DNA of 64,000 nucleotides, taken from Bdellovibrionales bacterium. GTDB lineage: Bacteria; Bdellovibrionota; Bdellovibrionia; Bdellovibrionales; JAGQZY01. The DNA is taken from positions 1,152,001 to 1,216,000 of the forward strand of contig CAXRHT010000002.1 of NCBI GenBank assembly GCA_964230645.1, in the 5' to 3' direction. Both the position numbers and the translations under genes were made by a program. The notes beneath the pieces were generated by a model that was not told where the DNA came from, ran no database searches, and saw only the letters and a list, made by a program, of their open reading frames with translations. Below are positions 30,390 through 40,108 of this stretch, piece after piece (the first letter of the stretch is position 1; each line of letters starts with the position of its first letter).

Positions 30390-32267
30390 ATGAAATCAAT
30401 CTTTTCTAAACTTTTTGCACTGCTCTTGATTTTAGCACCTCTCAGTTCCTGGGCTCAGCTAGAATATGACTCTAAAGCCAACAACGTTCAGCTCTATGGC
30501 CCTTACGTAAAATACAATATTTTAAAAAAGCCATATTCGCTGGGGCGCTATCAATTTAGCCTGGATGACATCAATTTAGACTTGGTCTATGAGGTGCAAA
30601 ATCTTGATGAAGTCGGCAGTGATGATTCTCAAGAAGTGGAAAAAGAGTTAAAGATTTTTGCCATTTGGCCAAAGTTTCTTTTACAGTTTGGGGACATCCG
30701 GATCTTTGATCGCCAAGGCAGAAAGCTTTTACACGAAGGTTTCAGCCGTGAGGACATTGGTGAGTTCGATCAAAAATATGCCAGACTTCATCTAGAGGGT
30801 GAGGGCGAGGCTTTACTGGAATCCCTAAAAGAGCCTTTTCAAATCTGTGTGAGACAAGAGTACGAATCCTCGCTTGTAAAAGCTTGCTCCAATTGGATGG
30901 AGTACACTGGCGACAAAATTGTGTCTACCTTTGATGGACAGAACAAGGCGGCAGCAAAACTTAACGGTAAAAAGGCCCCCAAAAACTCTCAGATCAGTCT
31001 TTCCCAATCCATGGAGAACGTCCGGCTTCATTTAAGGTTTAAGTCTGGCTTTACCGTCTATGTTCGTGACGAAATAAGAGAACTTAAAAAAGAAAACGTT
31101 GTGATCGATCCAAAAGAAAAACGCATTGGAGTTGTGACAGGTGATGGTTCGGTGCGCCCCACTCAGCTTACCCTTAAAGATCGCTTCTTCTCGTTCATTA
31201 AAGAGAACAACTATTATAAAAACGAGTACACCTCCTCGGCCCAGTGGCCGGAAAACTTAGAAGATGCGGAAATGGAGTTTGCTCCCTTTCAAAGTGGAGC
31301 CTCCATTCAGCTTTATGGAATGATCCTTCCTAAAGTTCCCCCACCTTTTGACTTTAAACTCGATGACGATATTCCGATTGCCACTTATTCTTCTGAGGTC
31401 ACACTCACTGGAACGAAAAAACCTTCAGAAGTTTTAGCCGCGAGAGTCAAAAATGAACTTTTTATTCACGAAAATGGCACTGAGTTTTTATGGGAGTTCC
31501 CGGCTCCAAAAGCTGGCGAGATCAATCAAAACTATATTTCTCTTCAACACGAGGGAAAGGACTACTACTTTTCTAAGAGAATCTTCAGAGCTCACCAGAC
31601 TTCGGTTTCTGGCGCCTTGGCACTTTCAACCTCCCCTACCCTTGAAATTGTTCCAGGCTACACTTTTACGGCCGAACATTGGTTTGAAGAAATTTGGGGA
31701 GAGGCCTCTTGGTCCCAACAGCGTTGGGGCTTAAAAGCCGAACTTTACGAAACTGCGCAAGGTTTTAAACCTAAAGAAAACTTTCCTGAGAAAATTAGTA
31801 TCAATCCAAGTACCGTGGACCTTTTGTTTCGTTTTTCAAAAGGAGTTCGCCCAGTGCAAAGTAGTTTCGGGGCTGGACTTCGCTTTTTAAACTTCAAGCT
31901 TTTCCGCAGTATCAACGCGGATATTGAAACAAAGTACTTGGGAGTGGGAGCCTTCTGGCATACTGCCCCCCAAAAGATCGTCGATGATATCTTTAATATC
32001 GTGCCTTTTTTCCGCTATCCAAAGTGGATGGAAATTTCTATGTTCTACTACCCTCTTTTGATTGGTGATGAAGAGCTTGGATTTTCCTTTTCTTGGCAGG
32101 CGCGAGGAAAACTGTTTTTTGCTAAACAGTGGTATTTGGATGCCTCTTTCAATGTGAATAGCATCTCGTTTAAGAAATCAAAAATTTCGGGAGTGAGCCA
32201 AGGGGCTGACTCTTTTGGAATTGCCACAGCCCATGGAACCATTGGGATCGGGTATCTTTTCAACTAA
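30390..32267 (+). CDS. Exported hypothetical protein, C-terminal beta-strand-rich region
   Basis: Signal peptide MKSIF..SSWA; amphipathic strands ending IGIGYLFN. Confidence 0.6.
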   Translation: MKSIFSKLFALLLILAPLSSWAQLEYDSKANNVQLYGPYVKYNILKKPYSLGRYQFSLDDINLDLVYEVQNLDEVGSDDSQEVEKELKIFAIWPKFLLQFGDIRIFDRQGRKLLHEGFSREDIGEFDQKYARLHLEGEGEALLESLKEPFQICVRQEYESSLVKACSNWMEYTGDKIVSTFDGQNKAAAKLNGKKAPKNSQISLSQSMENVRLHLRFKSGFTVYVRDEIRELKKENVVIDPKEKRIGVVTGDGSVRPTQLTLKDRFFSFIKENNYYKNEYTSSAQWPENLEDAEMEFAPFQSGASIQLYGMILPKVPPPFDFKLDDDIPIATYSSEVTLTGTKKPSEVLAARVKNELFIHENGTEFLWEFPAPKAGEINQNYISLQHEGKDYYFSKRIFRAHQTSVSGALALSTSPTLEIVPGYTFTAEHWFEEIWGEASWSQQRWGLKAELYETAQGFKPKENFPEKISINPSTVDLLFRFSKGVRPVQSSFGAGLRFLNFKLFRSINADIETKYLGVGAFWHTAPQKIVDDIFNIVPFFRYPKWMEISMFYYPLLIGDEELGFSFSWQARGKLFFAKQWYLDASFNVNSISFKKSKISGVSQGADSFGIATAHGTIGIGYLFN

Positions 32268-32301
32268 AGCCTTGATTGGTTTTCAAGGCTCTCTTTCAGT
32301 T

Positions 32302-33399
32302 TTAATACAAACTTTTAACAGACTTAATCACATGCTCAACGTGCTCGTCTGGCATATCAGCATACAGAGGAAGGCTGATCACCTTCTCACACACACTCTC
32401 TGTGACTTTTAAAGGCTCACTTGGTTTATACTCTTTAAGGGCTGGCTGCTCGTGCATTCCTTTAGGATAATGGATGGAGGTGGGCACTCCTTTTTCCATT
32501 AACTTCTTTTGAAATTCTGAGCGATTCTCCACTTGCAAGGTGTACTGAGCAAAGACAGAGTCTCTTCCTTCTCGCACCACAGGGGCTTTTAGAGCTGAGA
32601 TCTGAGAGAACTCATCGGTATATTGTTTGGCGATTCTTTGGCGCTGCTCGATCTCCCAGGGGTAGCGTTCAAGCTTTTCAATCAGTATGGCGCACTGGAC
32701 GGTGTCTAGGCGTCCGTTGTAACCAAGTCTTGTGTGGTGATACCGAGACTCTTGCCCATGAGTTCTAATTTGAACGAGTTTTTCGTAAACGTCTTTATCT
32801 TGGCAGAAGACGGCCCCTCCATCTCCATAACACCCAAGAGGTTTTGCCGGGAAGAAGCTTGTGCAGCCAATGGCACTTAGGTCACAGCTTTTCTTATCGC
32901 CATAACGTGCACCGAAACTTTGCGCCGCATCTTCCATCACTGGGATATTGTGTTTTTCAGCCATCTGGTTGATCTCGTACATATCGGGAACTTGTCCGTA
33001 AAGAGAGACCGGAACGATGCCTTTTGTTTTTGAGGTGATGGCTTTTTCAAGAAGCTTTGGATTCATATTAAAGGAGTCTTCTTCGATATCGACAAAAATA
33101 GGCTTGGCACCGATTAAGGCCACCACTTCGGCTGTGGCAAAAAAGGAAAAAGCAGGAACAATGATCTCATCCCCAGGCTTGATATCGTAGGCCAACATCG
33201 CCATTAGAAGAGCATCCGTTCCACTGGCTGCTGACACGCAGTAGGGAGCGCCTACAAATTCAGCTAATTTCTTTTCACACTCCTCAACCTCTGGGCCCAA
33301 TACATACTGCCCACTGGCCATAACTTTTTGAACGCGGGGCTCGATTTTTGAAGATAGGGCTTCGTACTGCTTTTTTAAATCAAGATAAGGAATTTCCAT
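32302..33399 (-). CDS. DegT/DnrJ family sugar aminotransferase (WbpE-like)
   Basis: SGTDAL, EDAAQSFG, SFFPAKPLGCYGDGG. Confidence 0.9.
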   Translation of the reverse strand: MEIPYLDLKKQYEALSSKIEPRVQKVMASGQYVLGPEVEECEKKLAEFVGAPYCVSAASGTDALLMAMLAYDIKPGDEIIVPAFSFFATAEVVALIGAKPIFVDIEEDSFNMNPKLLEKAITSKTKGIVPVSLYGQVPDMYEINQMAEKHNIPVMEDAAQSFGARYGDKKSCDLSAIGCTSFFPAKPLGCYGDGGAVFCQDKDVYEKLVQIRTHGQESRYHHTRLGYNGRLDTVQCAILIEKLERYPWEIEQRQRIAKQYTDEFSQISALKAPVVREGRDSVFAQYTLQVENRSEFQKKLMEKGVPTSIHYPKGMHEQPALKEYKPSEPLKVTESVCEKVISLPLYADMPDEHVEHVIKSVKSLY

Positions 33400-33562
33400 G
33401 GAACTCTCTCCTATTTTGTCTGTTTTATCACGCTGTCTAAGAGGGGGCCAATTAAGTTTTTACTCATAGCGATGTGTCTTAAAGCACACAGCTTTTTTCG
33501 TTGCAGGCAGGCTAGCCAAGGGATTTAAGCCCCCTTAGAATTCCCCCTAGTGAGGAAATATT

Positions 33563-34087
33563 ATGGCCTATTTACTGAAACAGATTTTTCAACTGATCAA
33601 ATTACTCAATTCTGAGAAGGGAACAAATCAAATCGCCCTGGGAATTGCCCTTGGCTTCGTTCTGGGAATGACTCCGGTCTTCTCGCTGCAAACGGTGCTT
33701 GTTTTTCTTTTTTTACTCTTTTTTAGAATTCAGTTGGGAGCGGCCTTCGTGGCAGCCTTCTTTTTTAAGTTTATGGCCTTTCTTCTCGATCCCGTTTTTC
33801 ACTCTGTCGGTCATGCTGTTCTTAGTATTGATGGACTGCAAGGAATTTACACTCAGCTCTATAATATGCCTGTCGTACCATGGACGCGCTTTTATAATAC
33901 GATCGTCATGGGCTCAGGCGTTCTCTCTTTAGCTCTAACTCCGGTGATCTTTTTTGCCAGTCTCTGGTTTGTAAAAAAGTACCGCAAAAATGTTTACGAA
34001 CGCCTGAAAGAGACCAAGTTTTTTAAAGCGGTCAAGGCCACTGGCTTTTACAAATGGTACATCAAATACGACGAATTCTACGGATAA
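33563..34087 (+). CDS. TIGR03546-type membrane protein
   Basis: LNSE..QIALG, PWTRFYNTIVMGS; paired with the downstream gene. Confidence 0.75.
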   Translation: MAYLLKQIFQLIKLLNSEKGTNQIALGIALGFVLGMTPVFSLQTVLVFLFLLFFRIQLGAAFVAAFFFKFMAFLLDPVFHSVGHAVLSIDGLQGIYTQLYNMPVVPWTRFYNTIVMGSGVLSLALTPVIFFASLWFVKKYRKNVYERLKETKFFKAVKATGFYKWYIKYDEFYG

Positions 34088-34114
34088 CTTCAAGATTGAA
34101 CGGAAAGAAATTTT

Positions 34115-36058
34115 ATGGCTAACAACGAAGAAACCCAAGAAAAGAAAAGAAAGAAGAATAAAAAGAAAGGTCCTATTCGTACAGAGGCTTTGATCCCTCT
34201 TGTGATAGTTCTAGTTTTATTCACTCTTTATTTTAAATACTTTTTTGACTCCCACTTGCGAAGTGTACTTGAATACGGTGCCACTTATGCCCATGGGGCG
34301 GAAGTGAATGTGGGCTCATTGAGTACAGACTTTCTTGAACCCTCTATTTCCATCCAAAATATTCAAGTCACTGATAAATCAGACCCAGCCTACAATATTG
34401 TTCGGCTTGGCTCGATTCGCTTGCAACTTTTGTGGGATGGACTCTTAAGAGGAAAATTTGTAATTCCTGAGTCTTCCATTTTAAAAATCCAGACACACTC
34501 CAAAAGGGACCGCCCCGGGAGAGTTCTTCCCGTTAAAACTCCTGAGGGCAGTAAATCCGAGGTTCGTAAAGCTGCTGAGAAAACAATCGGCCAGCTTGAA
34601 GAAAAACACGATAAAAATCTTTTAGGGGACGTTTTCGCTGTTGCTGGTGGTACAAACTACAAGGACCAGCTCAAAAACATGGAAAATGAAATCCAGAGTC
34701 AGAAAAAAATAAAGATTTTGGAAAAAGAGCTTCAGGCTAAAGAAAAGGAGTGGAAAAAGCGCATTGATGATCTTCCCGATGAGAGTGAGATCAAACAATT
34801 GGTCAAAAAAATCGAAGGTCTGAAAATTGACACGAGCAATCCAAAAAAATTGCAGGCTTCTTTAAAGCGAGTGGACCAAGTTTATAAGGAAGCTCGTACA
34901 AAATACAAAGACATCAAGGCCGCTGAAAAAGCTTTTAAAGCGGATCTTAACAAATACGAGAATGAATATAAGGGTCTCGAAAAAGCCATCCAAGAGGATA
35001 TCAATGACATTTCTCAAAAGTTAAATATCCCCTCTCTTGATCCTAAAGAGATTAACAAAATGCTCTTAGGAAATTTTGTGGCAGCTCAACTTGGAAACCT
35101 TATGCGCTACAAAGAGGCCGCTAGGGACTATATGCCGACGAAATCGGCTGAGGAAAGAAGAGCCGAAAAAGAAGCGGCCCAACTCACCCCTGTGGAAAGA
35201 GCGGAAGGCGTTGACTTTCAATTTCCTAAAACAAAAAGCTATCCTAAATTTTGGCTTCAATTAGCAAAGCTTTCCTCCGACTCTAAAAAAGGAGACGCGG
35301 GAGACTTTTCTGGAACCCTTAAAAACGTGACCGATAACCCAAGGCACCTTGGAAAACCGATGACCCTTGATTTTAAGGGGGGCTTTCCCCACGAAGACAT
35401 TCTCGATGTCACAGGTAATATCACTGTAGACCACACTACTGCTAAGCCTATCGAAAAGGGTGAGATCTCTGTGGGCTCTTTTCCGGTGAATAAGAATATG
35501 CTTTCAAAATCGAAAGACCTAAAGTTTGGCTACAACAGCGGGGTTGGAACCTCCAAGATTTCTTTTCTTATGGAAGAAGAAAATTTAACTCTGGCTTCAA
35601 ACTCTGTTTTTAGAAAGCTAGACTATTTTGCAAACGCAACAGACCCCAATGTCGAGAGAATGATCAAAGGAGTGATTGCAGGACTCAACGACCTGGATCT
35701 TAATATCCGAGCAAAAGGCAATTGGAGTAACCTTAGCTTAAACATTAATTCAAATCTTGGCTCAAAGCTTGTTAACGCAATCAAGTCCCAGGTGAATAAA
35801 GAAATTCAACGAGCAAGACAGCAGGTTGAAGAACATATTCGCGGCGAGGTTAATAAGGAAAAGGCTAAACTTAATGCAGAAATCAATAAACTCGAGAAAA
35901 GGTTTGGCGTCTCCCTAAAGGATAAAGAGTCAGCCATATCGTCCATCGAGAAAGCCGTCGAGAAAAAGAAAAAAGAAGCCACCGAAAAGGAAAAGAAAAA
36001 AGCGGAAAAGAAACTTAAGAAAGAAGCCGAAAAACTCTTAAAAGGCATTAAGTTTTAA
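34115..36058 (+). CDS. TIGR03545-type (AsmA-like) membrane-anchored protein
   Basis: N-terminal TM, GAEVN, long coiled coil, YPKFW, beta-rich C-terminal half. Confidence 0.72.
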   Translation: MANNEETQEKKRKKNKKKGPIRTEALIPLVIVLVLFTLYFKYFFDSHLRSVLEYGATYAHGAEVNVGSLSTDFLEPSISIQNIQVTDKSDPAYNIVRLGSIRLQLLWDGLLRGKFVIPESSILKIQTHSKRDRPGRVLPVKTPEGSKSEVRKAAEKTIGQLEEKHDKNLLGDVFAVAGGTNYKDQLKNMENEIQSQKKIKILEKELQAKEKEWKKRIDDLPDESEIKQLVKKIEGLKIDTSNPKKLQASLKRVDQVYKEARTKYKDIKAAEKAFKADLNKYENEYKGLEKAIQEDINDISQKLNIPSLDPKEINKMLLGNFVAAQLGNLMRYKEAARDYMPTKSAEERRAEKEAAQLTPVERAEGVDFQFPKTKSYPKFWLQLAKLSSDSKKGDAGDFSGTLKNVTDNPRHLGKPMTLDFKGGFPHEDILDVTGNITVDHTTAKPIEKGEISVGSFPVNKNMLSKSKDLKFGYNSGVGTSKISFLMEEENLTLASNSVFRKLDYFANATDPNVERMIKGVIAGLNDLDLNIRAKGNWSNLSLNINSNLGSKLVNAIKSQVNKEIQRARQQVEEHIRGEVNKEKAKLNAEINKLEKRFGVSLKDKESAISSIEKAVEKKKKEATEKEKKKAEKKLKKEAEKLLKGIKF

Positions 36059-36074
36059 TTAAAACTAGTTTCAC

Positions 36075-37721
36075 CTACTGGATGGATTTAAGCCTGACTC
36101 CTGAAAATCGAAGGTAGGTCTTCCCATGCCAATGGATACGGAATTCGACGCCTCTTGAATTTGGGGGAAGTTTAAAAGACAGCGAGAATTCCTTTAAACC
36201 AAAAGCCTTATCAAAATCCGAACGAAAAAGGGCCCTTTGCCCGATGATTTCCTTCCCCTGATTTCTTGTCACCTCAATGGTCGCAATAGCATCTTCGCGG
36301 TTGCGGTCTACGACATCAACTAATAATGAGAATTGAGCTCTGTAGGTTCCCTTAGGCAAATCACTCACATAAGGGCCGTATATAAATATTCCGGGACTGA
36401 CTCCCATTTGGGTGTGAACCGCTACACCTGTAGGGGCGTTATGGGAACTATCTGTGTATCCAAAGTTTTTATTAAAATTAGAACTATCGTAAAAACGATG
36501 AATTTCTTTTGGTTCAACGTCCTCTTTAATAGGATTATTAGTGGATGCTTCATCGTCACTATTTTGAGAGGTCTCTTCAGCTGTATTTTTATCGTTAGGT
36601 GCTTGTTGCTCAGTTTCGACAGGGTATTCGGGGGAGGGCTCTTTATAAATTACATCTCCCACAGCCATTTCTGAGTGAAGTGGATAGTAGGCTCTATTTA
36701 GTTTTCTATGGTGCGTGCTATCCCGACAATCGACCATGACCCACATCTGATCTCCCCAGACGGCCTCTCGCTCACCCTCATCACAGCGCCCATCAAGAAT
36801 ATGCCGTCCAGAGGAAGGCTCACAAAATCGATCCTTGTTTTGAGCGTGTTCTTCAACACAACGAGACTTTGGTAACCAGGCCTCCCAACGGGTAAATCCA
36901 TACTCTTTAGTAAAAAGGAATCTTTCGAGAGCATTATTGCTCCGACTAAGATCCTCGTGGGCAAAGTGAAAGCTATCTAGTACCTCCATTGATTTGCCTG
37001 ATTGAAACTGAACGTTTTGTCTATAATCCCATAAAGTTCTTACTGAGTCTGAATGACTCCATTTATCACAGGTTGCTCGAGCCTCTAATCTTTCAATTGA
37101 AACCTCACTTGTAAGCTCCCCTCTTTTATTTTCTAAAATTTCGTTATCGAATAGGACCCAAGCATCCTCTTGACTTCCATCGTTTCCGTAAAAACGCTGG
37201 TCAAAACAGCCGCCGTCCATCGTTCTAATGAAGGAAATATAACGACCTTGAATTTCCATAAGATCGAACCCATCTCCAAGGTTAGTATTATAATTAAATG
37301 AACCTTCTAAGAAATCCCCGGGACCAAAATCTTTACTGTGAATCACTCTGATTGAATTATCAGGACCCTTCACTGGTAGACTTGAAAGAGCTTGCACCCC
37401 CACACCATTATCGATGTGGTCTACTCTTACATAGTGGAGCGACTCTCCGACCTCTAGATTTCGTTTTTTAGAGCAAAGATAAGGGTCCTCGGCTGTTACT
37501 CTGCCGTCTTTATCCAGACAGACATCTTGCACTAAGAAATCATAGAGATCTGTCTTGATCATGGAAGCACCAAACCTGTTCAACACGCTCGGACTACTAT
37601 TTTTCAAAGATGAAGAGAATTCTGAACAATTCTGGAAGAGAAATACACTCAATAAAAAAACAATAAGTGTTACTCGCTGAAATCGATTTGAATAAAAGGC
37701 ATCGTTTATCTTTCTTCCCAT
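36075..37721 (-). CDS. Exported hypothetical protein (FQNC motif), C-terminal carbohydrate-binding-like module
   Basis: Hydrophobic N-terminus ending FQNCS; acidic linker; YGPY..LPKGTY beta-sandwich-like end. Confidence 0.6.
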   Translation of the reverse strand: MGRKINDAFYSNRFQRVTLIVFLLSVFLFQNCSEFSSSLKNSSPSVLNRFGASMIKTDLYDFLVQDVCLDKDGRVTAEDPYLCSKKRNLEVGESLHYVRVDHIDNGVGVQALSSLPVKGPDNSIRVIHSKDFGPGDFLEGSFNYNTNLGDGFDLMEIQGRYISFIRTMDGGCFDQRFYGNDGSQEDAWVLFDNEILENKRGELTSEVSIERLEARATCDKWSHSDSVRTLWDYRQNVQFQSGKSMEVLDSFHFAHEDLSRSNNALERFLFTKEYGFTRWEAWLPKSRCVEEHAQNKDRFCEPSSGRHILDGRCDEGEREAVWGDQMWVMVDCRDSTHHRKLNRAYYPLHSEMAVGDVIYKEPSPEYPVETEQQAPNDKNTAEETSQNSDDEASTNNPIKEDVEPKEIHRFYDSSNFNKNFGYTDSSHNAPTGVAVHTQMGVSPGIFIYGPYVSDLPKGTYRAQFSLLVDVVDRNREDAIATIEVTRNQGKEIIGQRALFRSDFDKAFGLKEFSLSFKLPPNSRGVEFRIHWHGKTYLRFSGVRLKSIQ

Positions 37722-37965
37722 GCTTCAATAATTACATTTTACCGGGGTGTCTCAAAATTTATGTTCGAAACGACCCGATTTAATACACTCGAAGTTTTAC
37801 TAGGGCTTCTTTGTAGCTTTTAGTTTTCGACCTGAATTCAGTATTTTATAGCAGTAAGGTACTTGATTGGTACGAAAATATTTTATTCAACTGTTTAATA
37901 TTGTAACAGTCGAGAATATCGAAAAAATTAAAGTTTTTTTAAAAACGAAACGTGGATGATTTTTC

Positions 37966-38889
37966 CTAATTATAGCTAGGAGGTGCGTCTTCGAGGCGAT
38001 CTAGAACTCTTTGTCTTCTTTGAATTACCCCTTCAATAACATCAATTGAGAAGTGCTCTTTGAGGACACGAATGAGAATTTCAGGAATGGTGGCTTCTAG
38101 GTTTTGAGTGAAAGCCAAGCTTGGGGTCACTGGAGGCGGACCATCATCGTCACGATTGATCAGGCGAAGTCTCAGGGGATCTCTAAAGCCAGCGGCAAAA
38201 TCAATGCCCCAGAAAGCCTCTGAGGACTCAATATAATTGTCAGGGTGTCTATCGATATCATCGATTAGATATTCGAAAACTTCTAAATCCGAGGCCTGCT
38301 GGTCTAAGACTAATTCATTGATATTAAAACCGTCGGATTCCACAAATAGCTGAAGCCCCCCCTGCATGCCATTGATAGTTCGACTCACCGATGGAGGAAC
38401 GTTATTAAGACCTAGTAGATAAGCCAGTTTATAGGCCGCAATTTCAGCTGTAGGGTTAGACTTTTGCCCAAAATAGGTTCTCATCTCCGCATCGGCCCAA
38501 AAAGAAGGATCGGGTTTAAAAATCCCTTTGATTCCCGAGGCCAGCTCCACTTCGTAAACCACACTATCAAAATGGTCTCCTTCCATGAGGCTCATCTCTT
38601 TAACAGGATCATTAGCTAAGACATCAAGAACTAATCGTCTCGTGTTGTGACCGATTCCACCTGGGTCTTGAGTGAGAGCAAGAAAAAGCGAGCGACTCCA
38701 CATTTTTTCACCAAGAGCTTTTTTAATTTCTGGATAACGATTGCCGTTTACAGTTGTCTCGAGTCTATAGACGGCATTTTCAAAAGGAGAGTTGGTTTTT
38801 AGGATCTCTTGGCAGGTCCGTGCGTAGGAAGAGGGAGAGAGGAGAACAACAAAAGAGAACAAGAACGACAAAATATTTAGCTGAGACAT
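37966..38889 (-). CDS. Secreted atypical kinase, PI3/PI4-kinase/HipA-like fold
   Basis: Signal peptide; GIFKP (Lys), AEIAAY (Glu), DRHPDNY catalytic loop, IDF. Confidence 0.7.
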   Translation of the reverse strand: MSQLNILSFLFSFVVLLSPSSYARTCQEILKTNSPFENAVYRLETTVNGNRYPEIKKALGEKMWSRSLFLALTQDPGGIGHNTRRLVLDVLANDPVKEMSLMEGDHFDSVVYEVELASGIKGIFKPDPSFWADAEMRTYFGQKSNPTAEIAAYKLAYLLGLNNVPPSVSRTINGMQGGLQLFVESDGFNINELVLDQQASDLEVFEYLIDDIDRHPDNYIESSEAFWGIDFAAGFRDPLRLRLINRDDDGPPPVTPSLAFTQNLEATIPEILIRVLKEHFSIDVIEGVIQRRQRVLDRLEDAPPSYN

Positions 38890-38999
38890 AAGACCCTGAA
38901 TTTTATCAAAATTTCATGATGAAGCGAGAGAACTTTGTGAGCTCTGAAAAGCCTTCATGGATGTCAAAACTTTTGCCACTAGCTCGAAGCATTGGGAAT

Positions 39000-39204
39000 A
39001 GGTCCTTCGGCTTCGCCTCAGGACGACATTAAGTTTTCTTGAACTAGCAGGATGATATTGAGTTTTTCTCAAACCTACAGAACGAGGTTGAGGGAGCCGA
39101 TCGAGGCCTCCAGGTCCTTCGGCTTCACCTCAGGACGACACTGAGTTTTCTTCAGACCAGCAGGATGACATTGAGTTTTTCTCGAACTGGCAGGACGACA
39201 TTGA
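39000..39204. repeat. Nested tandem repeat: two ~112-bp units, each a REP-like hairpin plus ~30-bp subunits
   Basis: AGGTCCTTCGGCTTC(G/A)CCTCAGGACGACA at 39000 and 39112; CAGGA(C/T)GA cores at 39019, 39048, (39078), 39131, 39161, 39191. Confidence 0.9.
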
Positions 39205-39256
39205 AGATTGGCTAGGTTCTACTCTCTGGCCCATTGAAAATAGGCACGCATATTTG

Positions 39257-39817
39257 CTAGAGGCTTTTGAAAAATTCTATAGCGTTGGGGGTGGCCCAGT
39301 CTTGGATGCCGATGATTTTCTTTACTAGGAGGCCCTCTTTATTAAAGACAAAGCCTTCGGGAAGCCTATCGACTTCAAAGACCTTACTCATTTCTTTTTC
39401 TTTATCCATGGTGAGTATGAGGTTTTCGCGATTGCCGTTAAAAGCCTCAACGAAGCCTTCCACATCCTCTTCCTCGTAGTCATGAGAAATGGCGATTAAA
39501 ACGACTTTTTCAGGAAACTCATCAAGAAGCTTTATGAAAGAGGGGAACTCCTCGACACAAGGTTCACACCATGTCGCCCAGAAACTTAAGATCACAACTT
39601 TGCCTTTAAAGTCGTGAAGATTAAGAGTTTTACCTTCTAGGGTTTTGAAAGAAAGGTCATCGCGCTTGTAGATGCCATTGTCTTCTAAATCATCGAGAAC
39701 TTTATAGGAATCCGGTACGGCTTGGCTCTCGAAAGTATTGGCATTCCAGTAGAGCGCTCCGGCTCCAACACAGAGTGAGAGAAAAACAATTAATCCTAGT
39801 ACCTTCACGCGCACCAC
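39257..39817 (-). CDS. TlpA/ResA-like thiol-disulfide oxidoreductase
   Basis: N-terminal TM, FWATWCEPC motif. Confidence 0.9.
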   Translation of the reverse strand: MVRVKVLGLIVFLSLCVGAGALYWNANTFESQAVPDSYKVLDDLEDNGIYKRDDLSFKTLEGKTLNLHDFKGKVVILSFWATWCEPCVEEFPSFIKLLDEFPEKVVLIAISHDYEEEDVEGFVEAFNGNRENLILTMDKEKEMSKVFEVDRLPEGFVFNKEGLLVKKIIGIQDWATPNAIEFFKSL

Positions 39818-40049
39818 CTAGTATTGATGTTTTGAGAATAGCTTAAGCTTTTATTTATGTCACGACTCTGGTTTTTCTAAAAAGTGAGGGTAAAAATCTT
39901 TTTAGTTCGTGACCTTAACTTTGACCACGAGGCCTTCGAATAATCAAATCAGACCGACCGCGATGAGGGGTAATAAATCAAGCGACCAAGTGGGACTCTT
40001 CGAAGTGCTACTTAAGTTTCATCCAATGCGGATAGCTAGTCGTAAATAT

Positions 40050-40084
40050 AAAAAAAGCCCACTTTTTCGAGTGAGCTTTTTTTT
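40050..40084 (-). terminator. Intrinsic terminator after rplQ
   Basis: AGCTCACT/AGTGGGCT stem followed by a T-run on the minus strand. Confidence 0.8.
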
Positions 40085-40108
40085 GTTTTTTGCAATTTAG
40101 AGAAAAAC

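Noticed and set aside
39000..39204. Possible mini-CRISPR array
   Set aside because: Units are ~30-bp degenerate tandem copies without unique spacers, and no cas genes are in the window
39909..40100. 63 aa plus-strand ORF between tlpA and rplQ
   Set aside because: Runs through the rplQ terminator, with no clear RBS or motif
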